Shown: positions 33,996 to 43,339 of the stretch, piece after piece
How the letters are laid out: the number at the start of each line of letters is the position of its first letter
Numbering within the stretch: position 1 is the first letter of the stretch
Origin: Bacteroidia bacterium
Lineage (GTDB): Bacteria > Bacteroidota > Bacteroidia > AKYH767-A > JBBKVM01
Reading direction: 5' to 3'
DNA length: 64,000 nt
Assembly (NCBI GenBank): GCA_037969175.1
Contig: JBBKWX010000055.1
Span: forward strand, 65,758 to 129,757
Notes under the pieces: model-generated
Seen by the model: only the letters and a program-made list of their open reading frames with translations
Told to the model about the DNA's origin: nothing
Database searches by the model: none
Program-made: the position numbers and the translations under genes

Positions 33996-34191
33996 ACTAT
34001 CCTGGCTAACAATTGCGATTGTTAGTATTTTTATTGGTGCTTATGTATACAATACTCAGGGTTTTGGTGAAGCTAAATGGTTTTTTATCTTTACACTTGT
34101 TGCAGGCGTGATGTATGCAGTACGCAGAAAACAACGTATTTCATATTCCCGGAACGAAAAAGATCGATCGGAAAACACCTCAAATTTATAA
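33973..34191 (+). CDS. Small two-helix membrane protein of 72 aa, hypothetical
   Basis: There are two hydrophobic helices, 'WLTIAIVSIFIGAYVY' and 'WFFIFTLVAGVMYAV', with a basic loop and tail. It overlaps the lptC-like end by 23 nt. No homology was recognised. Confidence 0.3.
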   Translation: MKILRILELSWLTIAIVSIFIGAYVYNTQGFGEAKWFFIFTLVAGVMYAVRRKQRISYSRNEKDRSENTSNL

Positions 34192-34212
34192 AAACAGAGC
34201 CCGGGCTCATCT

Positions 34213-35490
34213 ATGGAAACCATACCGGTTATCATTTTATCTCTAGTATTCTCTGCACTTTTTTCGGGCATTGAAATCGCATTTATATCTGCGAATAAAT
34301 TTAGAATCGAACTAGGAAACAAACAAGGCAAACTGACTTCCAAGATTTTGTCCAGATTTGTAAAAAGTCCTTCTCAATTCATTGGTACTTTGCTAGTGGG
34401 TAATAATATTGCACTGGTAATTTATGGTATATTCATGGCAGTTTTATTGACACCCGTGATTCAGAATATTATTCCGGTCAATTATCAAACAGAAGCCACA
34501 ATTTTGTTGATCCAAACTATAATTTCTACTATCCTTATTCTTTTAACTGCGGAATTTTTACCAAAAGTATTATTCAGAATCAACCCAAATCATGTATTGG
34601 ATCTTTTAGCTATACCCATTCTTGTCGTATATTTTATATTGTATCCGGTCGTGTATCTTATCAAAGCTTTTAGTGAATGGGTTTTGAAAACCTTCTTCAA
34701 GGTTGATTTCACTGAACAACAATTGATTTTTGGCCAGGTTGATCTGGACCATTATATCAAAGAAATTCAAACGGTTGAACCTGAAGGGGGAGCATTGGTC
34801 AATACAGAAATTGAAATGTTTCAGAATGCCCTTGACTTTATCAACGTAAAGGTCCGTGAATGTATGATCCACAGAACGGAGATCGTTGCAATCGATAAAG
34901 AGTCTTCTATTGAAGATCTAAGAGCATTATTCATAGAGACCGGACTAAGTAAGATCCTGGTTTTCGAGGAATCAATTGATAATATTATCGGATTTGTTCA
35001 TTCTTATGAAATGTTCAAAAAACCTGCTGAACTTCGTTCTATCATATTGCCCATTTCTATCATCCCTGAGAGTATGTCTGCCAGAGATCTCCTTTCGGAA
35101 TTCACAAGAAATCATAAAAGTATAGCTCTTGTCGTTGATGAATTTGGTGGAACAGCCGGTATCGTTACAATTGAAGATATAATTGAAGAGATCTTTGGAG
35201 AGATCGATGATGAACATGATGTTGAAGATCAGATCGAAGAGAAACTTGGTGAAAATGAGTTTGTCTTTTCAGGTCGGATGGAAATTGACCATATTAACAG
35301 CGAATATAATCTTGAATTACCGGTAAACGATGACTATGAGACGCTGGCCGGGTTTATTATGCATCATCATGGAAGCATTCCGGATACCATGGAAGAAATA
35401 AACATACCTCCATATAAAATTACTATTCTGGAAGTCAGTGAGACACGTATTGAAAAGGTCAGACTTGAAATTTCAGATGAGCTGGAGTAA
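34213..35490 (+). CDS. Hemolysin-family / CNNM (DUF21)-CBS-CorC_HlyC transporter-associated protein (GldE-like)
   Basis: The N-terminal DUF21 has 4 transmembrane helices. A CBS pair is present ('IDNIIGFVHSYEMF', 'ALVVDEFGGTAGIVTIEDIIEEI'). The C-terminal CorC_HlyC domain is present. Confidence 0.85.
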   Translation: METIPVIILSLVFSALFSGIEIAFISANKFRIELGNKQGKLTSKILSRFVKSPSQFIGTLLVGNNIALVIYGIFMAVLLTPVIQNIIPVNYQTEATILLIQTIISTILILLTAEFLPKVLFRINPNHVLDLLAIPILVVYFILYPVVYLIKAFSEWVLKTFFKVDFTEQQLIFGQVDLDHYIKEIQTVEPEGGALVNTEIEMFQNALDFINVKVRECMIHRTEIVAIDKESSIEDLRALFIETGLSKILVFEESIDNIIGFVHSYEMFKKPAELRSIILPISIIPESMSARDLLSEFTRNHKSIALVVDEFGGTAGIVTIEDIIEEIFGEIDDEHDVEDQIEEKLGENEFVFSGRMEIDHINSEYNLELPVNDDYETLAGFIMHHHGSIPDTMEEINIPPYKITILEVSETRIEKVRLEISDELE

Positions 35491-35558
35491 TAAGGGATTT
35501 TCAATTATCATTTACGAGTTGTATATTCGCCCCCTCAAATCACTTCGCATATATTATT

Positions 35559-37661
35559 ATGGCAATTATTGGAAAAATTAGAAATCGCGCAGGTTTATTG
35601 ATCGGATTCGTTGGAATCTCACTCCTGGCGTTCATATTGGGAGATTTACTCACGTCGAACAGAACCTTGTTCGGTAATAATAATGAGGTTGCTGAAATAG
35701 ATGGACAATCTATCACATTTCAAGAGTTTGAAGAACGTGTTCAGACCATGATTAGCAATTATAAGGCTAACAATAAGGTAGATGCTGTTGATCAAAACAC
35801 AACTGAACAGCTTAGAGAACAAGCCTGGACTGAATTATTGAATGAAATCATTTACGGTAAGCAAGAGGATAAACTGGGTGTCAAGGTATCTACAGAAGAG
35901 ATTTATGATATGGTTCAGGGTCCAGATCCTCATCCACAGATCAAACAAGCTTTTACGGATCCCAATACGGGTCAGTTTAATCCTGCCAGCGTTCTACAGT
36001 TTTTGAAGAACATGGATCAGGATGAAACCGGAGCTACGCGTGCCCAATGGATCTCATTTGAAAAATATATCACGAAAGAGAGATCTCGCACAAAATATAA
36101 CGAAGCCATCAAAGGTGGTATTTATGTTACTAAATTTCAAGCTCAGCAGGATTATACTGCTAAATCCAAGATCGCAAATTTACGTTATGTACAAGTGAAC
36201 TACAGTACTATTTCGGATAGTTCTATTGTATTGACAGATTCGGATCTGAGCACTTTTTATAATAAAAACAAGAACCAGTATAAGCAAGAAGCTGCTCGCA
36301 CAATCGATTATGTTGTTTTTCAGGTAACTCCTAGTGAGGAAGATGTTCAAAAGACATTGGAGTATTTACAGAAACAAGCACAGCCTTTTGCAAACGCCAT
36401 TGATGATTCAGCATATGTTGCCCGCTATTCTGATGTTCCATTTAACACAAATTATATCAGTAAAGGTACTTTGACTCCGGATATTGATTCATTGATGTTC
36501 AATAGTCCTGTAGGAACTGTTACAGCACCCTATCTTGATAATAATACGCACTACCGTATGGCTAAATTAAATGCGGTTTCTTTCCGCCCGGATTCTGTGA
36601 AGGCTCGTCATATATTGTTGAGCGTTGCAAGTCCTGATCAGCAAGCTGAAGTGATGGCCAAAGCGGATAGTTTGAAAAAAGTGATTAAGTCAGGTCAATC
36701 TTTTGCAGAATTAGCAAAGAGTTTAAGTCAGGATTTTGGATCAGGTGAAAAAGGAGGAGATCTTGGATGGTTCACTGAAGGAATGATGGTTCCTACTTTC
36801 AACGATGCTTGTTTTGAGGGTAAGAAAGGTGATTTGCCTATCGTCGTTTCTCAGTTTGGAATTCACCTTATAGAGATACAAGATCAAAGTAAGGCAAGTA
36901 AGAGAGTAAGAGTTGCATTCTTAGATAAAGAAGTTGAAGCAGGTAATGCTACTTATCAGGCAGTCTTCACAAAAGCAAATGCTTTTGCTGCGAATAATCG
37001 TTCGGCTGAAGAATTTGATACTGCGGTAGAAAAAGATGCTTTGAACAAAAGAATAGCTGAAAATCTGAAAGAAACAGATCGTACTATTGCAGGACTTGAA
37101 TCTCCAAGAGAAGTAATCCGTTGGGCATACAAGTCAAATAAGGGGGATGTTTCAGAAGCATTTGAACTGGGTGACAAATATGTTATTGCTAAACTTGTAA
37201 GTGTAAGTGATAAAGGTATTGCTCCAATGGATCAGGTAAAGGAAGTAGTAGAAGCCGGAGCCAGAAAAGAGAAGAAAGCTGCAATGATCACAGAAAATAT
37301 TAAATCCAAAATTGGTTCAGAAACTAATCTGGATAACATTGGGTCTAAATTGAATACTCCTGTAATGCCTGCTGACAATGTTACCTTTGCTAATCCAAAT
37401 ATCCCGGGAGTAGCTCGTGAGCCAAAAATCATTGGTTCAGCTTTCGCAATGAAACAAGGCGCAACTTCTGCACCTATCGCAGGAGAACTAGGCGTTTATA
37501 TCATAAACGTTGTTTCATTTGTTGAAGCACCTGCTAAGGATGATTATTCAGCCGATAAGCAACAACTTGTACAGACTATAAAATCAAGAGCTGAGTATGA
37601 AGCCTTCAATGCTCTTAAAGAGAAAGCAAATATTACCGACAATAGAGGTAAGTTTTACTAA
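35559..37661 (+). CDS. Periplasmic chaperone peptidyl-prolyl cis-trans isomerase (PpiD/SurA family, parvulin domain)
   Basis: The N-terminal anchor is 'LLIGFVGISLLAFILG'. The SurA_N-like region has 'EQAWTELLNEIIY'. The parvulin domain is 'ARHILL...GGDLGWFTEGMMVPTFNDACF'. The protein is 700 aa. Confidence 0.85.
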   Translation: MAIIGKIRNRAGLLIGFVGISLLAFILGDLLTSNRTLFGNNNEVAEIDGQSITFQEFEERVQTMISNYKANNKVDAVDQNTTEQLREQAWTELLNEIIYGKQEDKLGVKVSTEEIYDMVQGPDPHPQIKQAFTDPNTGQFNPASVLQFLKNMDQDETGATRAQWISFEKYITKERSRTKYNEAIKGGIYVTKFQAQQDYTAKSKIANLRYVQVNYSTISDSSIVLTDSDLSTFYNKNKNQYKQEAARTIDYVVFQVTPSEEDVQKTLEYLQKQAQPFANAIDDSAYVARYSDVPFNTNYISKGTLTPDIDSLMFNSPVGTVTAPYLDNNTHYRMAKLNAVSFRPDSVKARHILLSVASPDQQAEVMAKADSLKKVIKSGQSFAELAKSLSQDFGSGEKGGDLGWFTEGMMVPTFNDACFEGKKGDLPIVVSQFGIHLIEIQDQSKASKRVRVAFLDKEVEAGNATYQAVFTKANAFAANNRSAEEFDTAVEKDALNKRIAENLKETDRTIAGLESPREVIRWAYKSNKGDVSEAFELGDKYVIAKLVSVSDKGIAPMDQVKEVVEAGARKEKKAAMITENIKSKIGSETNLDNIGSKLNTPVMPADNVTFANPNIPGVAREPKIIGSAFAMKQGATSAPIAGELGVYIINVVSFVEAPAKDDYSADKQQLVQTIKSRAEYEAFNALKEKANITDNRGKFY

Positions 37662-37688
37662 TCTGATCTTATTAACATAATAGAAAAA

Positions 37689-37720
37689 AAAGAGTCCCAA
37701 TATTGGGACTCTTTTTTTTA
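37689..37720. terminator. Bidirectional rho-independent terminator between the PPIase (+) and rodA (-) genes
   Basis: 'aaaaaaaa', then hairpin 'agagtcccaa tat tgggactct' at 37691..37712, then 'ttttttt'. Confidence 0.55.
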
Positions 37721-37811
37721 GGTCAAATTATTTGGATTGGATAAAGATCAAAACAAAAATAATTTGATCCACTATATGGATTTGAACATTTATCAAATCA
37801 TATCCGGATCA

Positions 37812-39074
37812 TTATCTCAGGATCTGAAGTCGGTAAGCATCCAGTTTGATAAATATAAAAAGCAGGACAGTAAAGGACCATAAGGAAGAACCACCATAGC
37901 TGAAGAAAGGGAAGGGGATTCCAATGACCGGCGCAAGACCTATCGTCATTCCTACATTGATAAATAAATGGAAGAATAAGATCGAAGCAACTCCATATCC
38001 ATAGATCCGTGAATAGGGCGACCGTTGCCTTTCCGCAAGAAAAATTATCCGCAACAATAATGTCAGGAATAGTCCGATGACAACAAGAGTTCCAATGAAG
38101 CCCCATTCTTCACCAACAGTACAAAAAATGAAGTCGGTGCTTTGCTCTGGGACAAAATCATATTTGGTTTGAGTGCCTTGCAGGAAACCTTTTCCGGCAA
38201 AGCCACCGGAACCAATGGCGATCATGCTTTGATTCACATTATAACCAGCTCCTTTGAGATCGGTTTCTTTGCCCAATAATACATTGATACGAGTTCTTTG
38301 ATGCGGCTCCATCACATTCTCTATGACATAGTCAACACAATAGACCATGCCACAAGCAAGCACTAAAATACCGGCCACTGTAGCTATGTTTTTTTTTGTT
38401 TTTCGAAGCGGAATCAATGAAAGTCCGGCGATGCTGCTTAATACAATGAATAGTGTAGTTTGTTCAACCAGCAGTGCCATTACAAAAAGTATGATAGCTG
38501 CTAACCCAAGGATCAGGAAATTACCTGATAATCCTTCTCTGTATAATACAAAAATGAAAGCAAAGAATACCAGGGCTGAACCTGTGTCATTCTGTAACAA
38601 GATCATTGCTATAGGGAACAACAGAATCAATCCTGCAATAAATTGGGTCTTAAATTCTTTGAGTTTAATATCCAAGGCACTCAAATATTTGGCTAAGGCC
38701 ATATTGGTTGCAAACTTTGCAAATTCAGAGGGCTGTAATTTAAAATTTCCAATTTCAATCCAGCTCCTTGCTCCTTTTACTTCAGGGGCAATTAAATAGA
38801 CGACAATCAAGCTGAGCATAATAATTCCATAGATGGGGTAGGAGAATGCAGCATAAAATTTTCCGTCTATCACCAAAACTAAAAAAGCTATCAGGAATGC
38901 AGTGATGATCCAGATCATTTGCTTCCCATAGCTTTGAGATATATCAAGTATACTGTTGTGTTCTTCATTATAAACGGCAGCATAAATATTTATCCAGCCC
39001 ATAATAACGAGAACAGCATAAAGTATCACCAGATACCAGTCTATATCTTTTACAAGGTTTTCGCTCCTGCTCAT
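37812..39074 (-). CDS. rodA: Peptidoglycan glycosyltransferase RodA (SEDS family, FtsW/RodA/SpoVE)
   Basis: It has about 10 transmembrane helices and 'GxxxGxxGAxRWI' ('PEVKGARSWIEIG'). It lies at the end of the mreBCD-mrdA cluster. A 1-nt overlap with the mrdA stop occurs at 39074. Confidence 0.9.
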   Translation of the reverse strand: MSRSENLVKDIDWYLVILYAVLVIMGWINIYAAVYNEEHNSILDISQSYGKQMIWIITAFLIAFLVLVIDGKFYAAFSYPIYGIIMLSLIVVYLIAPEVKGARSWIEIGNFKLQPSEFAKFATNMALAKYLSALDIKLKEFKTQFIAGLILLFPIAMILLQNDTGSALVFFAFIFVLYREGLSGNFLILGLAAIILFVMALLVEQTTLFIVLSSIAGLSLIPLRKTKKNIATVAGILVLACGMVYCVDYVIENVMEPHQRTRINVLLGKETDLKGAGYNVNQSMIAIGSGGFAGKGFLQGTQTKYDFVPEQSTDFIFCTVGEEWGFIGTLVVIGLFLTLLLRIIFLAERQRSPYSRIYGYGVASILFFHLFINVGMTIGLAPVIGIPFPFFSYGGSSLWSFTVLLFIFIKLDAYRLQILR

Positions 39075-40906
39075 TATAATTTTTTTACCGGAAGTTCAGA
39101 TTTTGAGGGCATGAGGTTGGCATCCATAATGCGTTTTTCAATTTCAGGTCTGGCAGTAGAATCATTAAGAAATTTCTCTATCATCAATGTAGCAATTGGT
39201 GCAGCCCATACGCCACCAAATCCTGCATTTTCAACCATCACTGCTATCGCGATCTTTGGATTTTCTATGGGAGCAAAAGCAAGAAACAAGGAGTGATCAT
39301 TACCATGGGGGTTTTGTGCTGTTCCTGTCTTTCCTGCAACAGTAATAAATTTCAATTTGGAAGATCTTGCCGTACCCGCCTCAACAACATCTCTCATTCC
39401 TTCAATAATGGGGTCAAAGTATTTAGAGTCAACAACTGTTTTTTGCAATATTGAAAACCGGGGATCAATTTTAGGATTATCTCCAATTTTTTTTATGACA
39501 TGAGGCACGTAAAAGTGACCGCGATTGGCAATAATACATACAATATTTGCCATTTGAAGAGGTGTGATACCTAATTCTCCCTGACCTATTCCCAATGAGA
39601 AAATGGTACTTGCTTTCCATCTGCCCTTGCCATAAAATCTGTCGTAATACTCAACACTAGGTACCATTCCCCGAAGTTCATTTGGCATATCAACATCCAG
39701 TTTCCTGCCAATCCCAAAGCTGAAAAGGTTTTCCCTCCATGCCTCATATCCGGCTTGAATTGTAGGGTACTTGGGGTTTTCCAGCAGGTTCTTGAATGTA
39801 TGACAGAAATAAGGATTACATGAATATTGTACAGCTGCATGCAGATCTGCCGGGCTTGGGTGGGGATGGCAATTTACAGAATGATTACCTACTCTGTATG
39901 AACAGGGATACCTGGTTGAAGGTGTTATGACTCCTTCTTGTTGAGCGATCAATGCATTCACCAGTTTAAAAGTAGAGCCGGGCGGGTAATAAGCCATTTG
40001 TGCTCTATTGAATAAGGGCTTGATCGGATCCAGTAATAGTTGTACATAGTTCTTTGTACGAGCTCGTCCTACGAGCATATTAGGATCATAATTTGGCGCA
40101 GTGACCATTGCAAGGATCTCGCCTGTTTTAGGTTCAATGGCTACGACTGACCCCATCTTATTACGCATGAGTTGCTCTCCATAAGCCTGCAGATCGGCAT
40201 CCAGAGAAGAGATAAGGTTTTTACCGGCTACTGCAACTGTGTCATATTTTCCTTCCTGAAAGCTTCCTTTGGGACGGTTAAATACATCAACCATGATGAT
40301 CTTCAAGCCTCGTTGTCCTCTTAATTCTTCTTCATAACTCTGTTCAATGCCTGAAATTCCTATATAGTCACCTGAGCGATAGTAAGGATTCTTGGCAGTC
40401 ATTGCATCACTTACCTCTCCGATATAACCCAGCACATGTCCACCCATTCGGTCTGGATACTTTCTCAAAGTACGCGGCTGAACAAAAAACCCTTTAAACT
40501 TATATAGTTTCTCCTGAAGAGTTGCGTATGTTTCTGAGCTTAATTGCTTTTCGAAAATAGTTGGCTTTACGGCAGAATAGGTTCTTGCTTTTTTATATTT
40601 CTCCAAAAACACATCGGGAGTTATTCCTATTAATTCACAAAATTCGGTGGTGTCAAAAGCGACAACTTGTTTTGGAATAATCATGAGATCGTAAACAGCC
40701 TCATTATAAACCATTAATTTCCCTTTTCTATCGTATACCAATCCTCTCGCAGGGTACTCGGTTACATAGCGCAAGACATTGTTGTTTGCAGATAATTTAT
40801 ACTCATCTGTCATCACCTGGATATAAAAGATCCGGATAAGATAGATGACGCTGATCACAATGAAGATGGCAGCAATTATAAGACGTCGACCGCTGTATGG
40901 ACTCAT
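39074..40906 (-). CDS. mrdA: Penicillin-binding protein 2 (elongasome transpeptidase)
   Basis: The N-terminal transmembrane anchor is present. The transpeptidase motifs are 'STFK', 'SCN' and 'KTGT'. The protein is 610 aa. Confidence 0.9.
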   Translation of the reverse strand: MSPYSGRRLIIAAIFIVISVIYLIRIFYIQVMTDEYKLSANNNVLRYVTEYPARGLVYDRKGKLMVYNEAVYDLMIIPKQVVAFDTTEFCELIGITPDVFLEKYKKARTYSAVKPTIFEKQLSSETYATLQEKLYKFKGFFVQPRTLRKYPDRMGGHVLGYIGEVSDAMTAKNPYYRSGDYIGISGIEQSYEEELRGQRGLKIIMVDVFNRPKGSFQEGKYDTVAVAGKNLISSLDADLQAYGEQLMRNKMGSVVAIEPKTGEILAMVTAPNYDPNMLVGRARTKNYVQLLLDPIKPLFNRAQMAYYPPGSTFKLVNALIAQQEGVITPSTRYPCSYRVGNHSVNCHPHPSPADLHAAVQYSCNPYFCHTFKNLLENPKYPTIQAGYEAWRENLFSFGIGRKLDVDMPNELRGMVPSVEYYDRFYGKGRWKASTIFSLGIGQGELGITPLQMANIVCIIANRGHFYVPHVIKKIGDNPKIDPRFSILQKTVVDSKYFDPIIEGMRDVVEAGTARSSKLKFITVAGKTGTAQNPHGNDHSLFLAFAPIENPKIAIAVMVENAGFGGVWAAPIATLMIEKFLNDSTARPEIEKRIMDANLMPSKSELPVKKL

Positions 40907-41421
40907 TTTTTTCCTTTCTGTTTACTAAACAGATATTGAACGATGAGTATTAAGATTATTGTCAGGAAAGAACTTAAGATGACTTTAGAAAAAGTAAAGA
41001 AGAATTCATTGAACCTTCCTATCTCAATAAAGAATAATGTGAAATGATGAACCAATACCATAAAGCTGGCATACGTTATAAACCACCGAAAGCCCATATG
41101 TCGCAATGTAGGGGTGCTTTCAAATTCATACCCATCTCTTGGAGCCATCAGCTTCAGAAAGTAGGGTCTGATAAAGCCAATCATCAAAGAAGCTGCTGCA
41201 TTCATGCCCGGTGTATTCAGGAACATATCTACAGTAAGTCCGATCAGCATGGATAGCACCAGGAGTAAGATTCCCGGGATTTCAAACGGCAAGATCAGGA
41301 TAAACAAAACGTATAAAAACGGATTGAACAATCCACTTAATTGCATATTATTTAAAAAGATCACCTGAACAGTAACCAACAAAATAAAACTGATAAGATA
41401 GCGGATGATCTTATTGATCAT
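40903..41421 (-). CDS. mreD: Rod shape-determining protein MreD
   Basis: It is a 172-aa polytopic membrane protein immediately after mreC. Overlaps of 4 and 11 nt with its neighbours are present. Confidence 0.75.
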   Translation of the reverse strand: MINKIIRYLISFILLVTVQVIFLNNMQLSGLFNPFLYVLFILILPFEIPGILLLVLSMLIGLTVDMFLNTPGMNAAASLMIGFIRPYFLKLMAPRDGYEFESTPTLRHMGFRWFITYASFMVLVHHFTLFFIEIGRFNEFFFTFSKVILSSFLTIILILIVQYLFSKQKGKK

Positions 41422-42241
41422 TTAATCCTCCTTCCAGTTTTTTTCGTTCTTCTTTATGCATATTGGTTACAATATATACCCAGGATACATTTGAAAAATT
41501 GGTGGACAATTTTACACGGATATCGTGGAAATTATCGCCGGGTTTTATGGACCCCTTATATACAGTACCGATCACCAGTCCTTCCGGGAATAAGCTTGAA
41601 AAGCTTGTTGTAACAATCGTATCACCGATCCTATATTCTGCATTTTTTGGGATCTCAAGAAGATCTGCTTGTCCGGGATTAGAACCATCCCAGATCAGTG
41701 AACCATAAAAACCGCTTCGTTTAATACTTGCACTAATTCTTGATTCTTTGTGAAGAAGAGAAATGACTGTACAATAATGTTCACTTACATCCTTCACTAT
41801 TCCAACTACACCTGAACCTGTGATCACGCCGGTTTCAGGGCGTATTCCATGTATAGAACCGCGATTTAATGTCAGGTAATTGTTTCTTCTGTTGGTTGTG
41901 TTATTTACAACTTTGGCTTTGATATAACTGTATTGCTGGTGGTAAACCGAGTCAACTACATAGGTTGTATCATTAGATCCGATATAAAAACTCTCCGGAA
42001 GTTTTTCAAGCAGATGCGCATTTTCATCTGCAAGCCTTTCATTCACTTCCTTTAGATTCACATATTCCCTTACTTCATTTACAGATTCAAGGATGCGGGC
42101 TGTAAATGTATTTGCGGAATGCACAAAAGAGGCATTGTGATAATTATTATTCTGAACTATAAGAAATACACAAACCCCTTCCAATAATAGGAAAACTATG
42201 GAGAACTGATATTTCCATAACAGGATAAATATATTGCGCAT
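41411..42241 (-). CDS. mreC: Rod shape-determining protein MreC
   Basis: It has an N-terminal transmembrane segment, the coiled-coil 'NEVREYVNLKEVNERLADENAHLLEKL', and C-terminal beta domains ('GIVKDVSEHYCTVISLL'). Confidence 0.85.
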   Translation of the reverse strand: MRNIFILLWKYQFSIVFLLLEGVCVFLIVQNNNYHNASFVHSANTFTARILESVNEVREYVNLKEVNERLADENAHLLEKLPESFYIGSNDTTYVVDSVYHQQYSYIKAKVVNNTTNRRNNYLTLNRGSIHGIRPETGVITGSGVVGIVKDVSEHYCTVISLLHKESRISASIKRSGFYGSLIWDGSNPGQADLLEIPKNAEYRIGDTIVTTSFSSLFPEGLVIGTVYKGSIKPGDNFHDIRVKLSTNFSNVSWVYIVTNMHKEERKKLEGGLNDQ

Positions 42242-42278
42242 AGGTTATAGTTATCCCTTTTGAGGGATCGAAATCAAA

Positions 42279-43301
42279 TCAGGGAATAAGGAACTTAAAT
42301 CGATCAATATTTTTCAACGCGATACCTGTGCCTCTTACTACAGCCCTTAGTGGATCTTCAGCAACATGAACAGGTAATTTGGTTTTTTGAGCGATCCTTT
42401 TATCAAGTCCTCTCAACAAGGCTCCTCCGCCTGTAAGATAGATTCCGGTACGGAAGATATCAGCAGATAGCTCAGGAGGGGTCATTTCCAAAGCTTTCAA
42501 TATTGCCTCTTCAATCTTTGATATTGACTTATCAAGTGCATGAGCGATCTCACTGTAAGAAACAGTGATCTCTTTCGGGATACCTGTCATCAGATCTCTT
42601 CCATGTACTGCAAAATCTGCAGGTGGGTTTTCAATCTCCGGTAAAGCAGCTCCAACTTCAATCTTTATTCTTTCTGCGGATCTTTCTCCGATAAGTATAT
42701 TATGTTGTCTGCGCATGTAATCCCAGATGTCAGTTGTGAATGCATCTCCTGCTACTCTCAAACTTTGATCACATACAATTCCTCCAAGAGCAATAACAGC
42801 GATCTCACTTGTTCCGCCACCTATATCGATGATCATGTTACCCATCGGTTCTTCAACATCAATGCCGATACCAATTGCAGCTGCCATTGGTTCATGGATC
42901 AGATATACTTCTTTTGCTCCGGCATGTTCTGCAGAATCGCGGACAGCTCTTTTTTCTACTTCAGTAATTCCGGAGGGAATACAGATCACCATTCTCAATG
43001 AGGGAGTGAAAAGTCTTCTGCTCGGATTGATCATACGGATCATCCCCCTGATCATGTGTTCAGCAGCATCAAAATCAGCGATCACTCCATCCTGGAGTGG
43101 TCTAACTGTTTTAATGTTCTCATGCGTTTTTCCATGCATCATCATTGCCTGTTTCCCCACAGCAATGATTTTGGTGGTGGTTCTGTCAATTGCAACAATA
43201 GATGGTTCATCAACAACAACTTTATCATTGTGAATGATGAGGGTATTCGCTGTACCCAGGTCAATAGCGATTTCTTGTGTCAGGAAGTCAAACAGTCCCA
43301 T
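42279..43301 (-). CDS. mreB: Rod shape-determining actin homolog MreB
   Basis: 'IAIDLGTANTLI' and 'IIDIGGGTSEIAVI' are present. The C-terminal 'TGGGALLRGLD' is present. The protein is 340 aa. Confidence 0.95.
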   Translation of the reverse strand: MGLFDFLTQEIAIDLGTANTLIIHNDKVVVDEPSIVAIDRTTTKIIAVGKQAMMMHGKTHENIKTVRPLQDGVIADFDAAEHMIRGMIRMINPSRRLFTPSLRMVICIPSGITEVEKRAVRDSAEHAGAKEVYLIHEPMAAAIGIGIDVEEPMGNMIIDIGGGTSEIAVIALGGIVCDQSLRVAGDAFTTDIWDYMRRQHNILIGERSAERIKIEVGAALPEIENPPADFAVHGRDLMTGIPKEITVSYSEIAHALDKSISKIEEAILKALEMTPPELSADIFRTGIYLTGGGALLRGLDKRIAQKTKLPVHVAEDPLRAVVRGTGIALKNIDRFKFLIP

Positions 43302-43339
43302 ATTGCGTATTCGAGTCTTTATAATCCGGAATCCGGTAA

